From the NCBI GenBank assembly GCA_038198965.1, contig JBBPZH010000018.1, positions 6,209-70,208 on the forward strand: a DNA stretch of 64,000 nt. The letters run 5' to 3'. The notes beneath the pieces are model-generated. The model was not told the DNA's origin. It was given only the letters and a program-made list of their open reading frames with translations, and did not search any database. Within the stretch, counting starts at the first letter, position 1; each line of letters opens with the position of its first letter. The position numbers were made by a program, and so were the translations under genes. This DNA comes from Propionibacteriales bacterium (GTDB lineage: Bacteria > Actinomycetota > Actinomycetes > Propionibacteriales > Nocardioidaceae). Shown here piece by piece: positions 20,951 to 35,114 of this stretch.

Positions 20951-22001
20951 CGTCTTCGACGAGACCCGGCTCGACGACACGGAGGTCCTGCTCGCTGCCG
21001 ACGCGGCGCTTCGGCGGCTGGCGGAGTCTGGGGCGCGGGTGCGGCTGGAGGCGGGTGGCGCGGCCGATTCGGCCGCCGACTTGAACACCGACAGCCCCCC
21101 ACGGGCGATCGTGGCAGCTGGGGCCGACGCCCGGTTGCTGCGCGCTGTGCTGGAGCCGTGGTGCCCGGTGCCGTTCGTCGCCTGGCCGGGCCCGCGCCTT
21201 CCCGGCTGGGCCGGTGCCTTGGACCTGGTCATCGTCCTCGCGCCGGGCGGAGGAGACGCCTCGACCGCGTCCGCCGTCCACGAGGGCATCCGACGGGGCT
21301 GCTCTCTCGTCACCGCCTGCCCGCCGCACTCGGTGCTCGCCGAGCTCGCGCAAGGCCGCAGCAGCACCTTGTTGCCGACGCAGACCGATGACACGTTGGC
21401 CGTCGCGGTCGTCATGCTGCAGGCGTTGCACCGGCTTGGAGTCGGGCCCGAGGTCGACGCCAACGACGTAGCCCGAGTCCTGGATGACGTCGCCGTCGCC
21501 TGCTCGCCGAACCGGGATATCGGCAGCAATCCCGCCAAAGACTTGGCGATCACGCTCGCCGACGCCGTGCCGTTGGTCTGGGGCGGCTCGGTGCTCGCTG
21601 CCCGCGCCGCTCGGCGGGTGGCGGAGGCGCTTCGCCGTACCAGTGGCAGACCGGCACTTGCCGCCGACGCGGCGCATCTCCTCCCGGTGCTCGAGGCGGT
21701 CCCGCCTCGTGACGTGTTCGCCGACCCCTTCGCCGATGGGCCGACGTCGGGAACGCCCTTGCGCCCCGGCCTGCTCGTCCTTGACGACGGTACGGAGGAG
21801 GCCACGATCCGGGAGAACCGGGGCCGGCTCAGTACGACGGCGGAAAGCCACGACGTGCGCTGCCAGAGCATCGAGGGCATGGAGGGGCCCGAGATGGCCC
21901 GGTACGCGTCGCTGCTGACGTTGGGCAGCTACACCGCGCTTTACCTAGGAATCGGCCTTGGCCGAGACGCGGATGGTCACCGGAGGGACCCGGCGGGTTA
22001 A
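20943..22001 (+). CDS. SIS-domain protein (Rv3256c-like sugar-phosphate isomerase-like)
   Basis: [12 protein letters not shown]...; position between the phosphomannomutase and ahcY as in mycobacteria. Family assignment rests on context and general resemblance only. Confidence 0.55.
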   Translation: MADVFDETRLDDTEVLLAADAALRRLAESGARVRLEAGGAADSAADLNTDSPPRAIVAAGADARLLRAVLEPWCPVPFVAWPGPRLPGWAGALDLVIVLAPGGGDASTASAVHEGIRRGCSLVTACPPHSVLAELAQGRSSTLLPTQTDDTLAVAVVMLQALHRLGVGPEVDANDVARVLDDVAVACSPNRDIGSNPAKDLAITLADAVPLVWGGSVLAARAARRVAEALRRTSGRPALAADAAHLLPVLEAVPPRDVFADPFADGPTSGTPLRPGLLVLDDGTEEATIRENRGRLSTTAESHDVRCQSIEGMEGPEMARYASLLTLGSYTALYLGIGLGRDADGHRRDPAG

Positions 22002-22011
22002 TCTGCGATCC

Positions 22012-23547
<1,536 letters not shown>

Positions 23548-23669
23548 GGGCGGCGCGGCTTCAGATGGAGCGCGAAGCACGCTCCGGACCGGCTGAGACG
23601 GCGATCCGCCGTACGCTTACGGTGACGGATTCCGCAGTCAGGCGGGTCGTCACGAGAAGGTGAGCTGCC

Positions 23670-24377
23670 ATGGAGCCCGTGCGCACCCAACGAGGGAGGG
23701 TCCTCGTTGTCGATGACGACTCCTCGTTGGCCGAGATGCTCACGATCGTCCTGCGCAACGAGGGCTTCGAGCCGCGGGTCTGCTCGACCGGTGATCGCGC
23801 GCTCGCTGCGGTGCGAGATTTCCGGCCGGACCTGGTGCTGCTCGATCTGATGCTCCCCGGCAAAGACGGCGTCGACGTCTGCCGAGAAGTGCGCAACGAG
23901 TCGGGTGTGCCGATCATCATGCTCACGGCCAAGAACGACACTGTCGACATCGTCGTGGGTCTGGAGTCAGGAGCCGACGACTACGTCGTCAAACCGTTCA
24001 AGCCCAAGGAGCTGGTGGCGCGGGTGCGCGCCCGGCTCCGTAAGTTCGACGGCGACGTACCGGAGGAGCTGCGCATCGGCGACCTCAGCATCGACGTGGC
24101 AGGGCACACCGTCTCACGAAGCGGTGAGCGGCTTTCGCTGACGCCGCTCGAGTTCGACCTGCTGGTGTGCTTGGCGCGCAAGCCATGGCAGGTGTTCACC
24201 CGTGAGGTGCTGCTGGAACAGGTGTGGGGCTACCGGCACGCCGCCGACACTCGGCTCGTCAACGTGCACGTGCAACGGCTGCGGTCGAAGGTCGAGATCG
24301 ACCCGGAGAATCCGCAGATCGTCCTGACGGTCCGCGGGGTGGGGTACACGGCCGGCGAGCCGCCGGCCGCCGGATAA
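23670..24377 (+). CDS. mtrA: OmpR-family response regulator MtrA
   Basis: RVLVVDDD...DLVLLDLMLPGKDG...MLTAK receiver plus a winged-helix output domain (LTPLEFDLL...TVRGVGY). Followed by mtrB-lpqB. Confidence 0.9.
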   Translation: MEPVRTQRGRVLVVDDDSSLAEMLTIVLRNEGFEPRVCSTGDRALAAVRDFRPDLVLLDLMLPGKDGVDVCREVRNESGVPIIMLTAKNDTVDIVVGLESGADDYVVKPFKPKELVARVRARLRKFDGDVPEELRIGDLSIDVAGHTVSRSGERLSLTPLEFDLLVCLARKPWQVFTREVLLEQVWGYRHAADTRLVNVHVQRLRSKVEIDPENPQIVLTVRGVGYTAGEPPAAG

Positions 24378-24379
24378 CC

Positions 24380-26101
24380 ATGGCGCATCAGGTGCAGCGA
24401 GGTGCCTCCTCTCCGCTGGCTCAGGCCGGGCAACGCCTCGACCAGGCGCTCGTCCTCGCCTGGCGCAGCCTGCTCACGCCGGTGCGGTCATTGGTCGACG
24501 TATGGCGTCGCTCGATCCAGGCCCGGGTGGTGATCGGGACCCTCGCTCTGTCAGCCGTGCTCGCCCTCTTGGCCGGCTGGGTGCTGCTTCGTCAGGTGAC
24601 GGAGGGTCTTCTTGACAGCAAGCAGCAGGCATCGATCGCGCAGGCGACCGTCGGTGCGCAGACAGCTCAGGCCCGGCTCGACAGCGCTGAGATCGGCAGC
24701 TTCTTCGACGTCGGTCCGGAGATTCGCAAGCTCATCGAGGTGCTGTCCCCGAGCGCCGAAGCACAAAACGACTACGACGTGGTGATCATCGGGCCGGTGT
24801 CCGCCGGACCGGCTGTCCAGCCCACCGGAGGCAGCCTCGCCTCGGGCCAGGTGGACGCGGCCGCGACGATCTCTCGCGGACTGATGGACGCAGTGCGCAG
24901 TTCACCCGGCGTCTACTGGTCATACGCCCCGATCCACCAGCAAGGACAGTCGTCAATACCCGGGCTGGTGGTGGGCTCGCAGCTCCAAATCTCGAGCACC
25001 GGGCAGTCCTATGCGTTGTTCTACGTGTTCCCGCTCGCAGAACAGCAGCAGACGCTGTCGGTCGTCCGCAGTGCGCTCATCACCACCGGCGCGCTGCTCG
25101 TCGTGCTGTTGGGGACGATCGCCTGGCTGGTGACCCGGCAGGTTGTGACCCCGGTGCGCCTGGCCAGGCGCATCGCCGAACGGCTCGCGGCGGGACACCT
25201 CGAGGAGCGCATGCAGGTCAGGGGCGAAGACGACATCGCCCGCCTCGGTACGTCGTTCAACCAGATGGCGGCAAGCCTGCAACGGCAGATCCGTCAGCTG
25301 GAGGAGCTGTCGCGCGTCCAGCGCCGGTTCGTCGCCGATGTCAGCCACGAGCTGCGAACACCGCTGACGACTGTGCGGATGGCGGCCGACGTCCTGCACG
25401 ACGCCAAGGACGACTTCGACCCAGTCACCGCCCGGTCGGCGGAGCTGCTGCAGGGCGAGCTCGACCGGTTCGAGGGTCTCCTCACCGACCTGCTGGAGAT
25501 CAGTCGCTTCGATGCAGGGGTCGCCGTGCTGGATCTCAGCGAGGTCGACCTTGGCGATCTCGCCCGTCGGGTGGCCGACTCCACCGCTGCGCTGGCCGCG
25601 CAGCGCGGCAGCACGGTTCGGGTGAGGGTGCCGGACGAGCCATGCGTCACCACCGCCGACGTACGCCGGCTTGAACGCATCGCCCGCAATCTCATCGTGA
25701 ACGCCATCAACTACGGCAACGGGCACGACGTCGACGTTGCGGTGGCCAGGAGCGAGGATGCTGTAGCGCTGTCCGTGCGCGACTTCGGGATCGGACTCAA
25801 GCGAGGCGAGGACACGCTCGTCTTCAACCGCTTCTGGCGAGCCGATCCGGCCCGTGACCGCACGCACGGCGGGACGGGGCTCGGCCTTTCGATCGCCGTA
25901 GAGGACACCGTGCTGCACGGCGGGCGGCTCGACGCGTGGGGAGCCCCGGGCCGCGGCTCGGTGTTCCGGCTCACGCTGCCCCGCCGGGCCGGCGGTCGGG
26001 TGGGTGAGTCGCCGCTACCGCTCCAGCCGCTCGACGACGAACAAACCGCCACTGTCGGTGGGCCATACGCCCGCTTCTCGGGTCCTCGGGGGGTCCGATG
26101 A
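24380..26101 (+). CDS. mtrB: sensor histidine kinase MtrB
   Basis: Two TM helices, HAMP, H-box FVADVSHELRTPL, N/G boxes (NAINYG, GGTGLGLSI). The ATG at 24380 lies just after the mtrA stop. Confidence 0.9.
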   Translation: MAHQVQRGASSPLAQAGQRLDQALVLAWRSLLTPVRSLVDVWRRSIQARVVIGTLALSAVLALLAGWVLLRQVTEGLLDSKQQASIAQATVGAQTAQARLDSAEIGSFFDVGPEIRKLIEVLSPSAEAQNDYDVVIIGPVSAGPAVQPTGGSLASGQVDAAATISRGLMDAVRSSPGVYWSYAPIHQQGQSSIPGLVVGSQLQISSTGQSYALFYVFPLAEQQQTLSVVRSALITTGALLVVLLGTIAWLVTRQVVTPVRLARRIAERLAAGHLEERMQVRGEDDIARLGTSFNQMAASLQRQIRQLEELSRVQRRFVADVSHELRTPLTTVRMAADVLHDAKDDFDPVTARSAELLQGELDRFEGLLTDLLEISRFDAGVAVLDLSEVDLGDLARRVADSTAALAAQRGSTVRVRVPDEPCVTTADVRRLERIARNLIVNAINYGNGHDVDVAVARSEDAVALSVRDFGIGLKRGEDTLVFNRFWRADPARDRTHGGTGLGLSIAVEDTVLHGGRLDAWGAPGRGSVFRLTLPRRAGGRVGESPLPLQPLDDEQTATVGGPYARFSGPRGVR

Positions 26102-27885
26102 GGCCTCCCAGCCGCTTGGACGCTGCTCGGTTGCGAGAAGGCGCCGGTGCGCGGTGCCGTCTGGCGGCCTTGTTCGCGCTGCTGGCCGCACTCAGTTCGG
26201 CGTGCGTCTCGATCCCCAGCGACTCGACCGTGCAGCGCAGCTCAGCAGTGGGCGTGCAGCAGGACCCGCAGCTCATCACCAACGTTCCGCCCGGCCCGTC
26301 ACCCGGGGCAACTCGTGAGGAGATCGTGTCCGGGTTCTTGGCGGCGATGCTCGCCTACCCGCAGACACTCACGACTGCCCGGCAGTTCCTGACTCCTGAC
26401 GCTGCGTCGGGCTGGGACCCTGCCGACGGCCTCGTGGTCTATCACGACCAGGAGCTCATCGATTCGGGCGGCACGGTGTCGGTCACCATGCACACGCGGG
26501 GCTCACTTGACCCGCGCGGGAAGTGGACGTCGGCCAACGGATCGACCCGCACACTGCAACTGCAACTGCACCTACGCCGCGTCAAGGGGCAGTGGCGGAT
26601 CATCGATCCGATGCCCGGCACGTTCATCGACAGCGACTACTTCGCGTCGTACTTCCGGCCCTTCTCGCTGTACTTCTTCGACCCCACCTTGTCGGTACTC
26701 ACGCCAGATCCCGTCTACCTCATGCTTGGCGACACCACAGCCACCTCCCTGGTGTCCGACCTGCTGCAGGGGCCGTCGCAACAGCTGGCCGGCGTCGTGG
26801 CGACAGTCTTTCCGCCGCACACCTCGCTCGATGTGGGAGTTACGCTTTCGGACATCGGGCGCGTCGATGTACCACTGAGCGACTCGGTGCTGAGCCTCTC
26901 CCCGGAGGCGCGGCGGCTGTTGGCGGCTCAGCTGATGTGGACGCTGCGCCAGCTGCCGGAGGTGCAGTCCATCAGTGTGACGGTGGCCGGCTCGCGGCTG
27001 GATGTGCCCGGAGTGACCGTGAAGGGCGTCTTCGGAATCGACGAATTCGCGGGCTACGACCCAAGCTTCGCCACCCGGTTGGCCCTCTATGCGATCGCCC
27101 CGCAGGGCCTCGTCACCGTGTCCGGGGGAAGTGTGACACCGGTGGCCGGACCGGTGGGCACCTCGGCAAAGTCAGCGAAATATGCGGCTGTCGACCCTGC
27201 CGGTTCACTCGCTGCGGTGGTGCGGGCCGGCACTGTGCTCGTGGGGGGTACGGCGGCCACGGCCGACGCCCCGGCCACCTGGTTCACCGGCGGAACATCG
27301 GTGCTGCGGCCGTCGTGGGACGTCCACCAGGTGCTCTGGCTCATCGACTCCACGAAGGCTGGCGCAGTGGTCTATGCGGTCACGGCGGACGGCGCCCATC
27401 GGGTGACCGCTCCAGGCATCGATGGTCAGCAGGTGCGGGCATTCGCGGTGTCGCGAGACGGAGTGCGCCTGGCCGCTCTCGTCCAGGGAAGGTCCACGAG
27501 TCACCTCGTCATCTCAGTCATCGACCGCAACGCTGCACATCCCACCGCGGTACGCCTGTTATCGGCGCAGCGAGTCGACAGCCCCGGCTTCGGTGTGGCT
27601 CGGCTCACCGACTTGGCGTGGGCAAGCCCGACGACGTTGCTGGTGCTGGGCGGTGACAAGAAGGCGGATCTTCAGCCGTTCGAGGTGAGCATCGACGGGT
27701 CGGACGCCACCGCCGTCGGCGGCTATCTTCCGGTTCGGCCGGTCAGCGTCGCCGCCGGGCCCAACGTCGATGCCCCCGTCGTCATCAGCGGCAGTGGAGG
27801 TGAGGTCTACGTCCAGACACCGGAGCTGCAGTGGGCACGCTTCGGTGGCACGAGCTCGCTGCGGGCTCCGGTCTACCCCGGCTGA
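26098..27885 (+). CDS. lpqB: lipoprotein LpqB
   Basis: Lipobox LSSAC; about 590 aa; ATGA overlap with the mtrB stop; canonical mtrAB-lpqB operon position. Confidence 0.85.
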   Translation: MRPPSRLDAARLREGAGARCRLAALFALLAALSSACVSIPSDSTVQRSSAVGVQQDPQLITNVPPGPSPGATREEIVSGFLAAMLAYPQTLTTARQFLTPDAASGWDPADGLVVYHDQELIDSGGTVSVTMHTRGSLDPRGKWTSANGSTRTLQLQLHLRRVKGQWRIIDPMPGTFIDSDYFASYFRPFSLYFFDPTLSVLTPDPVYLMLGDTTATSLVSDLLQGPSQQLAGVVATVFPPHTSLDVGVTLSDIGRVDVPLSDSVLSLSPEARRLLAAQLMWTLRQLPEVQSISVTVAGSRLDVPGVTVKGVFGIDEFAGYDPSFATRLALYAIAPQGLVTVSGGSVTPVAGPVGTSAKSAKYAAVDPAGSLAAVVRAGTVLVGGTAATADAPATWFTGGTSVLRPSWDVHQVLWLIDSTKAGAVVYAVTADGAHRVTAPGIDGQQVRAFAVSRDGVRLAALVQGRSTSHLVISVIDRNAAHPTAVRLLSAQRVDSPGFGVARLTDLAWASPTTLLVLGGDKKADLQPFEVSIDGSDATAVGGYLPVRPVSVAAGPNVDAPVVISGSGGEVYVQTPELQWARFGGTSSLRAPVYPG

Positions 27886-27970
27886 CTGAGTCCCTGTTCC
27901 GGCTGAGTGTGCACAGGAGCACGGTCGGTGCTCGGCTTTCCACGACGAGGGCGAAGGGCCTTCCGCGGAT

Positions 27971-28705
27971 GTGGACCGCCCGGGCAGATTGCGGCTCATG
28001 GGTACCGCTCACGACCTGGTCGCCGCCTCGTCCGACCTGCTCCTTGGCGGCACGTGTGTCGGCTGCTTGCGTCCCGGGCCAGCTTTGTGCCTGCGGTGTG
28101 CCCGCACGCTTGACGGCCTGCCGTTCGAAACCCGCCCGGTGCCTGAGCCGCGGGGATTGCCGGTGTTGTTCGCAGTCACGGACTACGAGGCAGTCGCACA
28201 ACGCGCGCTCATCGCCCACAAGGAGCAGGGCCGCCTGAGCCTTGCGAAGCCACTCGGCCGTGCTCTTGCGGTGAGTGTCTACGGCGTGCTCGCCCGAGCG
28301 GTGGACGGTTCGATCGGCGTGGTCACGCTGGTGCCGGTTCCGTCATCGCCGCGCAGCTGTCGGGAGAGGGGCCATGACCCGCTGCTGCGAGTGGCGCGTG
28401 AGTGTGGCCGTTCGCTGCGGCACTCCGGGCTCCCGGCGGTCGTCGACCCGGCCCTCACGATCGTCCGGCCGGTTGCCGACCAGGCCCGTCTGAGCGCACA
28501 GCAGCGGCTTGCGAACGTCCACCTGGCGTTCGGCGTCAAGCGCCGCCGCACGCTCGATGGCCGCCGAGTGGTGATCGTCGACGACATCTGCACGACGGGG
28601 GCAACGGCGACCGAGGCAGCCCGGGCAGTGTCTGCAGCGGGCGGAGTCGTGCTGGGCGTCGCGGTTGTTGCGGCGACAAGGCGGCGGAGCCCCGGAGGCC
28701 GATAA
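27971..28705 (+). CDS. ComF-family phosphoribosyltransferase-domain protein
   Basis: N-terminal CxxC...CxxC (CVGCLRPGPALCLRC) and a C-terminal PRTase loop VVIVDDICTTGAT. Confidence 0.8.
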   Translation: MDRPGRLRLMGTAHDLVAASSDLLLGGTCVGCLRPGPALCLRCARTLDGLPFETRPVPEPRGLPVLFAVTDYEAVAQRALIAHKEQGRLSLAKPLGRALAVSVYGVLARAVDGSIGVVTLVPVPSSPRSCRERGHDPLLRVARECGRSLRHSGLPAVVDPALTIVRPVADQARLSAQQRLANVHLAFGVKRRRTLDGRRVVIVDDICTTGATATEAARAVSAAGGVVLGVAVVAATRRRSPGGR

Positions 28706-28821
28706 GGGCTGACGCGCAGACGAACGGGTCGTGAACTACTACTAAGGTTCGCGAGTACATCGGTGAGTTCCCCTCCGCGCGCGGCGGAAGGCGGCTGCCG
28801 AGCCTGACGAAGGAGGCACGG

Positions 28822-29439
28822 GTGGACGTCGTCGTCAACAGCCGCAATTGCGAGGTGTCCGACCGGTTCCGGTCGTTTCTCGACGAAAAGCTCGCCAAGC
28901 TGGAGAAGTACGACCATCGCATCCTCGAAGTTGACGTCGAGGTCTCCAAGGAGCCGAACCCTCGGCGTTCTGACCAGTCGACGCGAGTGCAGATCACACT
29001 GCACAGCAAGGGGCCGGTGATGCGTGCCGAAGCCGCCGCCGGAGACAAGCTGAGCGCTCTGGACAAGGCAGTGGAGCGCCTCGGCTCCCAGATGCGCAAG
29101 GCGGCCGACCGGCGCCGAGTGCACCACGGCACCCGGACACCGGCTCCGCTGGCTCAGGCGCTGGAGGAGCGGTCCCTCTCGGCCGAGAGCACCTCGACCG
29201 GCGACCAACCAGTCGCCGAGCACCAAGCGGGACCGCTCACGGTCTTGGGCGACGGCCCGCTCGTCGTACGGGAAAAGACCCATCCGGCGGCGCCGATGAC
29301 GCTCGACCAGGCGCTCTACCAGATGGAGCTCGTGGGTCACGACTTCTATCTCTTCCTCGACAAGGAGCACGACGACAGCGCGGCCGTGGTCTACCGCCGC
29401 ACGGGTTACGACTACGGCGTCATCAGGCTCGAGTCCTAG
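28822..29439 (+). CDS. hpf: ribosome hibernation-promoting factor, long form
   Basis: LDEKLAKLEKY...VEVSKE...ALDKAVERLGSQMRKAADRRR, plus a C-terminal dimerisation domain (MTLDQALYQMELVGHDFYLF). GGAGG lies 6 nt upstream of the GTG. Confidence 0.9.
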   Translation: MDVVVNSRNCEVSDRFRSFLDEKLAKLEKYDHRILEVDVEVSKEPNPRRSDQSTRVQITLHSKGPVMRAEAAAGDKLSALDKAVERLGSQMRKAADRRRVHHGTRTPAPLAQALEERSLSAESTSTGDQPVAEHQAGPLTVLGDGPLVVREKTHPAAPMTLDQALYQMELVGHDFYLFLDKEHDDSAAVVYRRTGYDYGVIRLES

Positions 29440-29463
29440 CCCGCACGCCCGAGCGCAATACCG

Positions 29464-30669
29464 GTGCCTGCATCGCTCAGCCTCGCGCAGGCGCGCCGGA
29501 TAACGCTGGCGGCCCAAGGCTTCCTGGATCCGCCGCATGGGCGTCCCACGCTGCGCACCTTGATGCGCACGGTCGCCCGCACCGGCGTGCTGCAGATCGA
29601 CTCGGTCAACGTGTTGCAGCGCGCGCACTACATGCCGGTCTTCAGTCGCGTCGGTCCTTACGACACTGGGCTGCTCTCCCGCGCGGCCGAGCGCCGGCCA
29701 CGCCGGCTTGTCGAGTACTGGGCGCACGTAGCCGCCTACATGCCGGTCGACCTCTGGCCGTTCATGAAGCACCGGATGGCCAGGGCACACCTCGAAGCTT
29801 GGGGCGGACCGCGGAGCATCTACGCCCGCAAACCGGAGCTGGTGAGGAGGGTCTTGGCTGACGTCGCTGAGACCGGCCCGGTCACCGCGCGCGACATCGA
29901 CGGCGATCTGCCGACCGCCAAGGTCGACTGGGGGTGGAACTGGTCGGAGGTCAAGCAGGCGCTTGAATTCCTGTTCTATGCGGGTGAGGTCGCCGCCGCC
30001 GGACGCACTGCGGCGTTCGAACGCCGCTATGACCTCCCGGAGCGTGTTCTACCGGAGGCGATTCTTCGGCTGCCCGACCCGGCGCCAGCAGAGGCGCATC
30101 GCGAGCTCATCCGCCGGGCCGCCATGTCGTACGGCGTCGCGAGCGAGCCAGATCTGCGCGACTACTACCGCATGCGTCACGAGGATTCCAAGCCGGCAGT
30201 GCGTGAGCTCGTCGACAGCGGAGAGCTGGTGCCGGTGTCCGTCGAGGGGTGGGATCAGCCGGCGTACCTGCACTGTGACGCCAGGGTGCCGCGCCGGGTC
30301 GGAGCCCGGGCGCTGCTGAGCCCCTTCGACCCGGTTGTCTGGCTGCGCGACCGAACCGAGCGCCTGTTTGGTTTCCGCTACCGCATCGAGATCTACGTTC
30401 CCGAGCCGCAGCGGGTCTACGGCTACTACGTGCTGCCCTTTCTCCTCGGCGAACAGCTGGTCGCCCGGGTCGATCTCAAGGCTGACCGCAAGACGGCTCA
30501 GCTGCGCGTGCTCGGGTCGTACGCCGAACCGTGTGCGCCACCGCACACGGCCGCTGAGCTCTACGCTGAGCTGGAGTCGCTGGCCGGTTGGCTTGGACTT
30601 CGCGACATCGTCATATCGCCCCGCGGTGGCCTGGCCGCAGCGTTGGCAGCCACTTCGCGAGCGTCGTAA
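29464..30669 (+). CDS. winged-helix DNA glycosylase-like protein (YcaQ/AlkZ, DUF1006 type)
   Basis: LSLAQARRITLAAQGF...GVLQIDSVNVLQRAHYMPVFSRVGPY...YWAH...RIEIYVPEPQRVYGYYVLPFL. Confidence 0.75.
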   Translation: MPASLSLAQARRITLAAQGFLDPPHGRPTLRTLMRTVARTGVLQIDSVNVLQRAHYMPVFSRVGPYDTGLLSRAAERRPRRLVEYWAHVAAYMPVDLWPFMKHRMARAHLEAWGGPRSIYARKPELVRRVLADVAETGPVTARDIDGDLPTAKVDWGWNWSEVKQALEFLFYAGEVAAAGRTAAFERRYDLPERVLPEAILRLPDPAPAEAHRELIRRAAMSYGVASEPDLRDYYRMRHEDSKPAVRELVDSGELVPVSVEGWDQPAYLHCDARVPRRVGARALLSPFDPVVWLRDRTERLFGFRYRIEIYVPEPQRVYGYYVLPFLLGEQLVARVDLKADRKTAQLRVLGSYAEPCAPPHTAAELYAELESLAGWLGLRDIVISPRGGLAAALAATSRAS

Positions 30670-30783
30670 GGATCGCCTCACCTCACCTACTATGGAAACG
30701 TCAACCGGTGAGCTGCCGTCCGTGCAGCGCACCAGGCGGCGCCGAGACCCAGCCGCCCCGACCGATGAGGGAGTTTCGCCCGC

Positions 30784-33753
<2,970 letters not shown>

Positions 33754-33803
33754 CGCTCGGCCCATTGTGGGTGAGCGCTAGCACCAGACCACTGCTCAAG
33801 CCA

Positions 33804-34352
33804 TCACCCGAACTGGATGGCGGTGCAAAGCCAGCGCTCGCGGTGCAAGTCCAGCCGAGCGGCGATCGCTCGGGAGCGACCGCCCATCGTCACCCGAGCT
33901 GAGACCTCCGCGGTGCGGTCCGTCGGGTGGCACACGTGCACCGTGGCGACGTGCGGCCGAGCCGCCGACCGTGGAGCCCGTGGCCCCCGCTCGACGAGTC
34001 GTTGCCGGCGGGAGGCAATGTCGGCGTAGACGTTCTGGTCCGTCCACCGGATGAGTTGGGTCAACGGACGGTCGCTGGCGAGGACCTCCACTACCGCTTG
34101 CAAGAACCGCCCCGCCCAAGCCTCGGACTCCTGCAGTTGTGGGCTTGATGGGATACCCGGCTGCACGAGCGTCAACCCAGCAGCGTGAGGCTCACAGTCG
34201 ACGCCGCTCGCAAGCGGGTAAGTGAGCGCGAGCGCACCCTGGCTGTACGACGCGGACGGCGCCGACCCGGAGGCGAGCCCGTCGTGCGGCCAGGACCACG
34301 CAGTTCGAGCGCGCGCCGACGCGGGCATCGGTCGGTGTGCAGAACTGGTCAT
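33804..34352 (-). CDS. Rv3235-family protein
   Basis: The ATG at 34352 overlaps the upstream stop (ATGA). FLQAVVEVLASDRPLTQLIRWTDQNVYADI...ATVHVCHP...EVSARV is the pattern I associate with this secA-linked actinobacterial family. Confidence 0.65.
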   Translation of the reverse strand: MTSSAHRPMPASARARTAWSWPHDGLASGSAPSASYSQGALALTYPLASGVDCEPHAAGLTLVQPGIPSSPQLQESEAWAGRFLQAVVEVLASDRPLTQLIRWTDQNVYADIASRRQRLVERGPRAPRSAARPHVATVHVCHPTDRTAEVSARVTMGGRSRAIAARLDLHRERWLCTAIQFG

Positions 34353-35023
34353 GAGGCACCTCCGAGGTCGAGAAGTTGTTGGCCGGGATAAATCAGGTCG
34401 GGGTCGCCGCCGATCACCTGCCGGTTGGCCGCGTACAGCTCCCTCACGCGTGCCGCCACGGCGGCGGCTGGCGCATGCGGAGGCAGCGACCGGCTCGCGA
34501 TCGACCACAGGCTGTCGCCAGGTGCAACCGTGACGAACAACGCCGTCGGCCGGGAGCTGGGGAGGTCCGGCAGTGAAAGCCCGGCGACGGAGCTGGTTCC
34601 TGGCGGAGGGTGGCAGGTCGGGCATGCGGATGCAGCGCTACCCGCCGACGCGGCAGCCGGGAATGCGAGGGCGACGCCGCAGGCTGTCAAAACGACGCGG
34701 CGCAAAGCTCTTGGCGTGACCTTGACTGCTATCGCGTCGACGGCGGGTATAACCGAGACCAGGCAGGCGCCGATCACGTTGAGGGCGATGAGCAACGTGA
34801 AGAGTGCGAGCACTCCGACGTAACCAGCAGCAGCCACTGCTACCAGCAGTGAATCAGCAGTCCACCCCCCGGTTGGGTGCACGCCGTCGACGAGCTGCTG
34901 CCGCAGCTGGTACAGCGGCGCAGTCGCTGCCCAGACGGCTAGGCACGCAAGCAGACCGAACAGGGCGGTAAGGACTGACAAGCGCCCTAACCGGCACTTG
35001 CCGTCGTCGCCTGTGAGCCTCAC
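34349..35023 (-). CDS. LysM-domain membrane protein
   Basis: The GTG at 35023 is preceded by AAGGAG at 7-nt spacing. Three TM helices and a C-terminal LysM (VTVAPGDSLWSIA...LYAANRQVIGGDPDLIYPGQQL). Confidence 0.7.
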   Translation of the reverse strand: MRLTGDDGKCRLGRLSVLTALFGLLACLAVWAATAPLYQLRQQLVDGVHPTGGWTADSLLVAVAAAGYVGVLALFTLLIALNVIGACLVSVIPAVDAIAVKVTPRALRRVVLTACGVALAFPAAASAGSAASACPTCHPPPGTSSVAGLSLPDLPSSRPTALFVTVAPGDSLWSIASRSLPPHAPAAAVAARVRELYAANRQVIGGDPDLIYPGQQLLDLGGAS

Positions 35024-35062
35024 TCTCGGTCTCCTTTGGTTACGTTTGCTTCCCGGCACTGT

Positions 35063-35070
35063 CTAGTGCC
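35063..35070. repeat. 8-bp target-site duplication, left copy (CTAGTGCC)
   Basis: Identical 8-mers abut the outer ends of both inverted repeats (35063-35070 and 40149-40156). Confidence 0.85.
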
Positions 35071-35095
35071 GGCGATGTGTTACTTGACAAACCCA
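35071..35095. repeat. left terminal inverted repeat (IRL) GGCGATGTGTTACTTGACAAACCCA
   Basis: The reverse complement of 40124-40148 is GGTGATGTGTTACTTGACAAACCCA, which differs at one position. Confidence 0.9.
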
Positions 35096-35114
35096 TGAGC
35101 ACTAGGCTGCCGTT

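Noticed and set aside
22002-22011. Looked for an SAH riboswitch upstream of ahcY.
   Set aside because: Only 10 nt separate the preceding stop from the ahcY ATG, so there is no room for a riboswitch.
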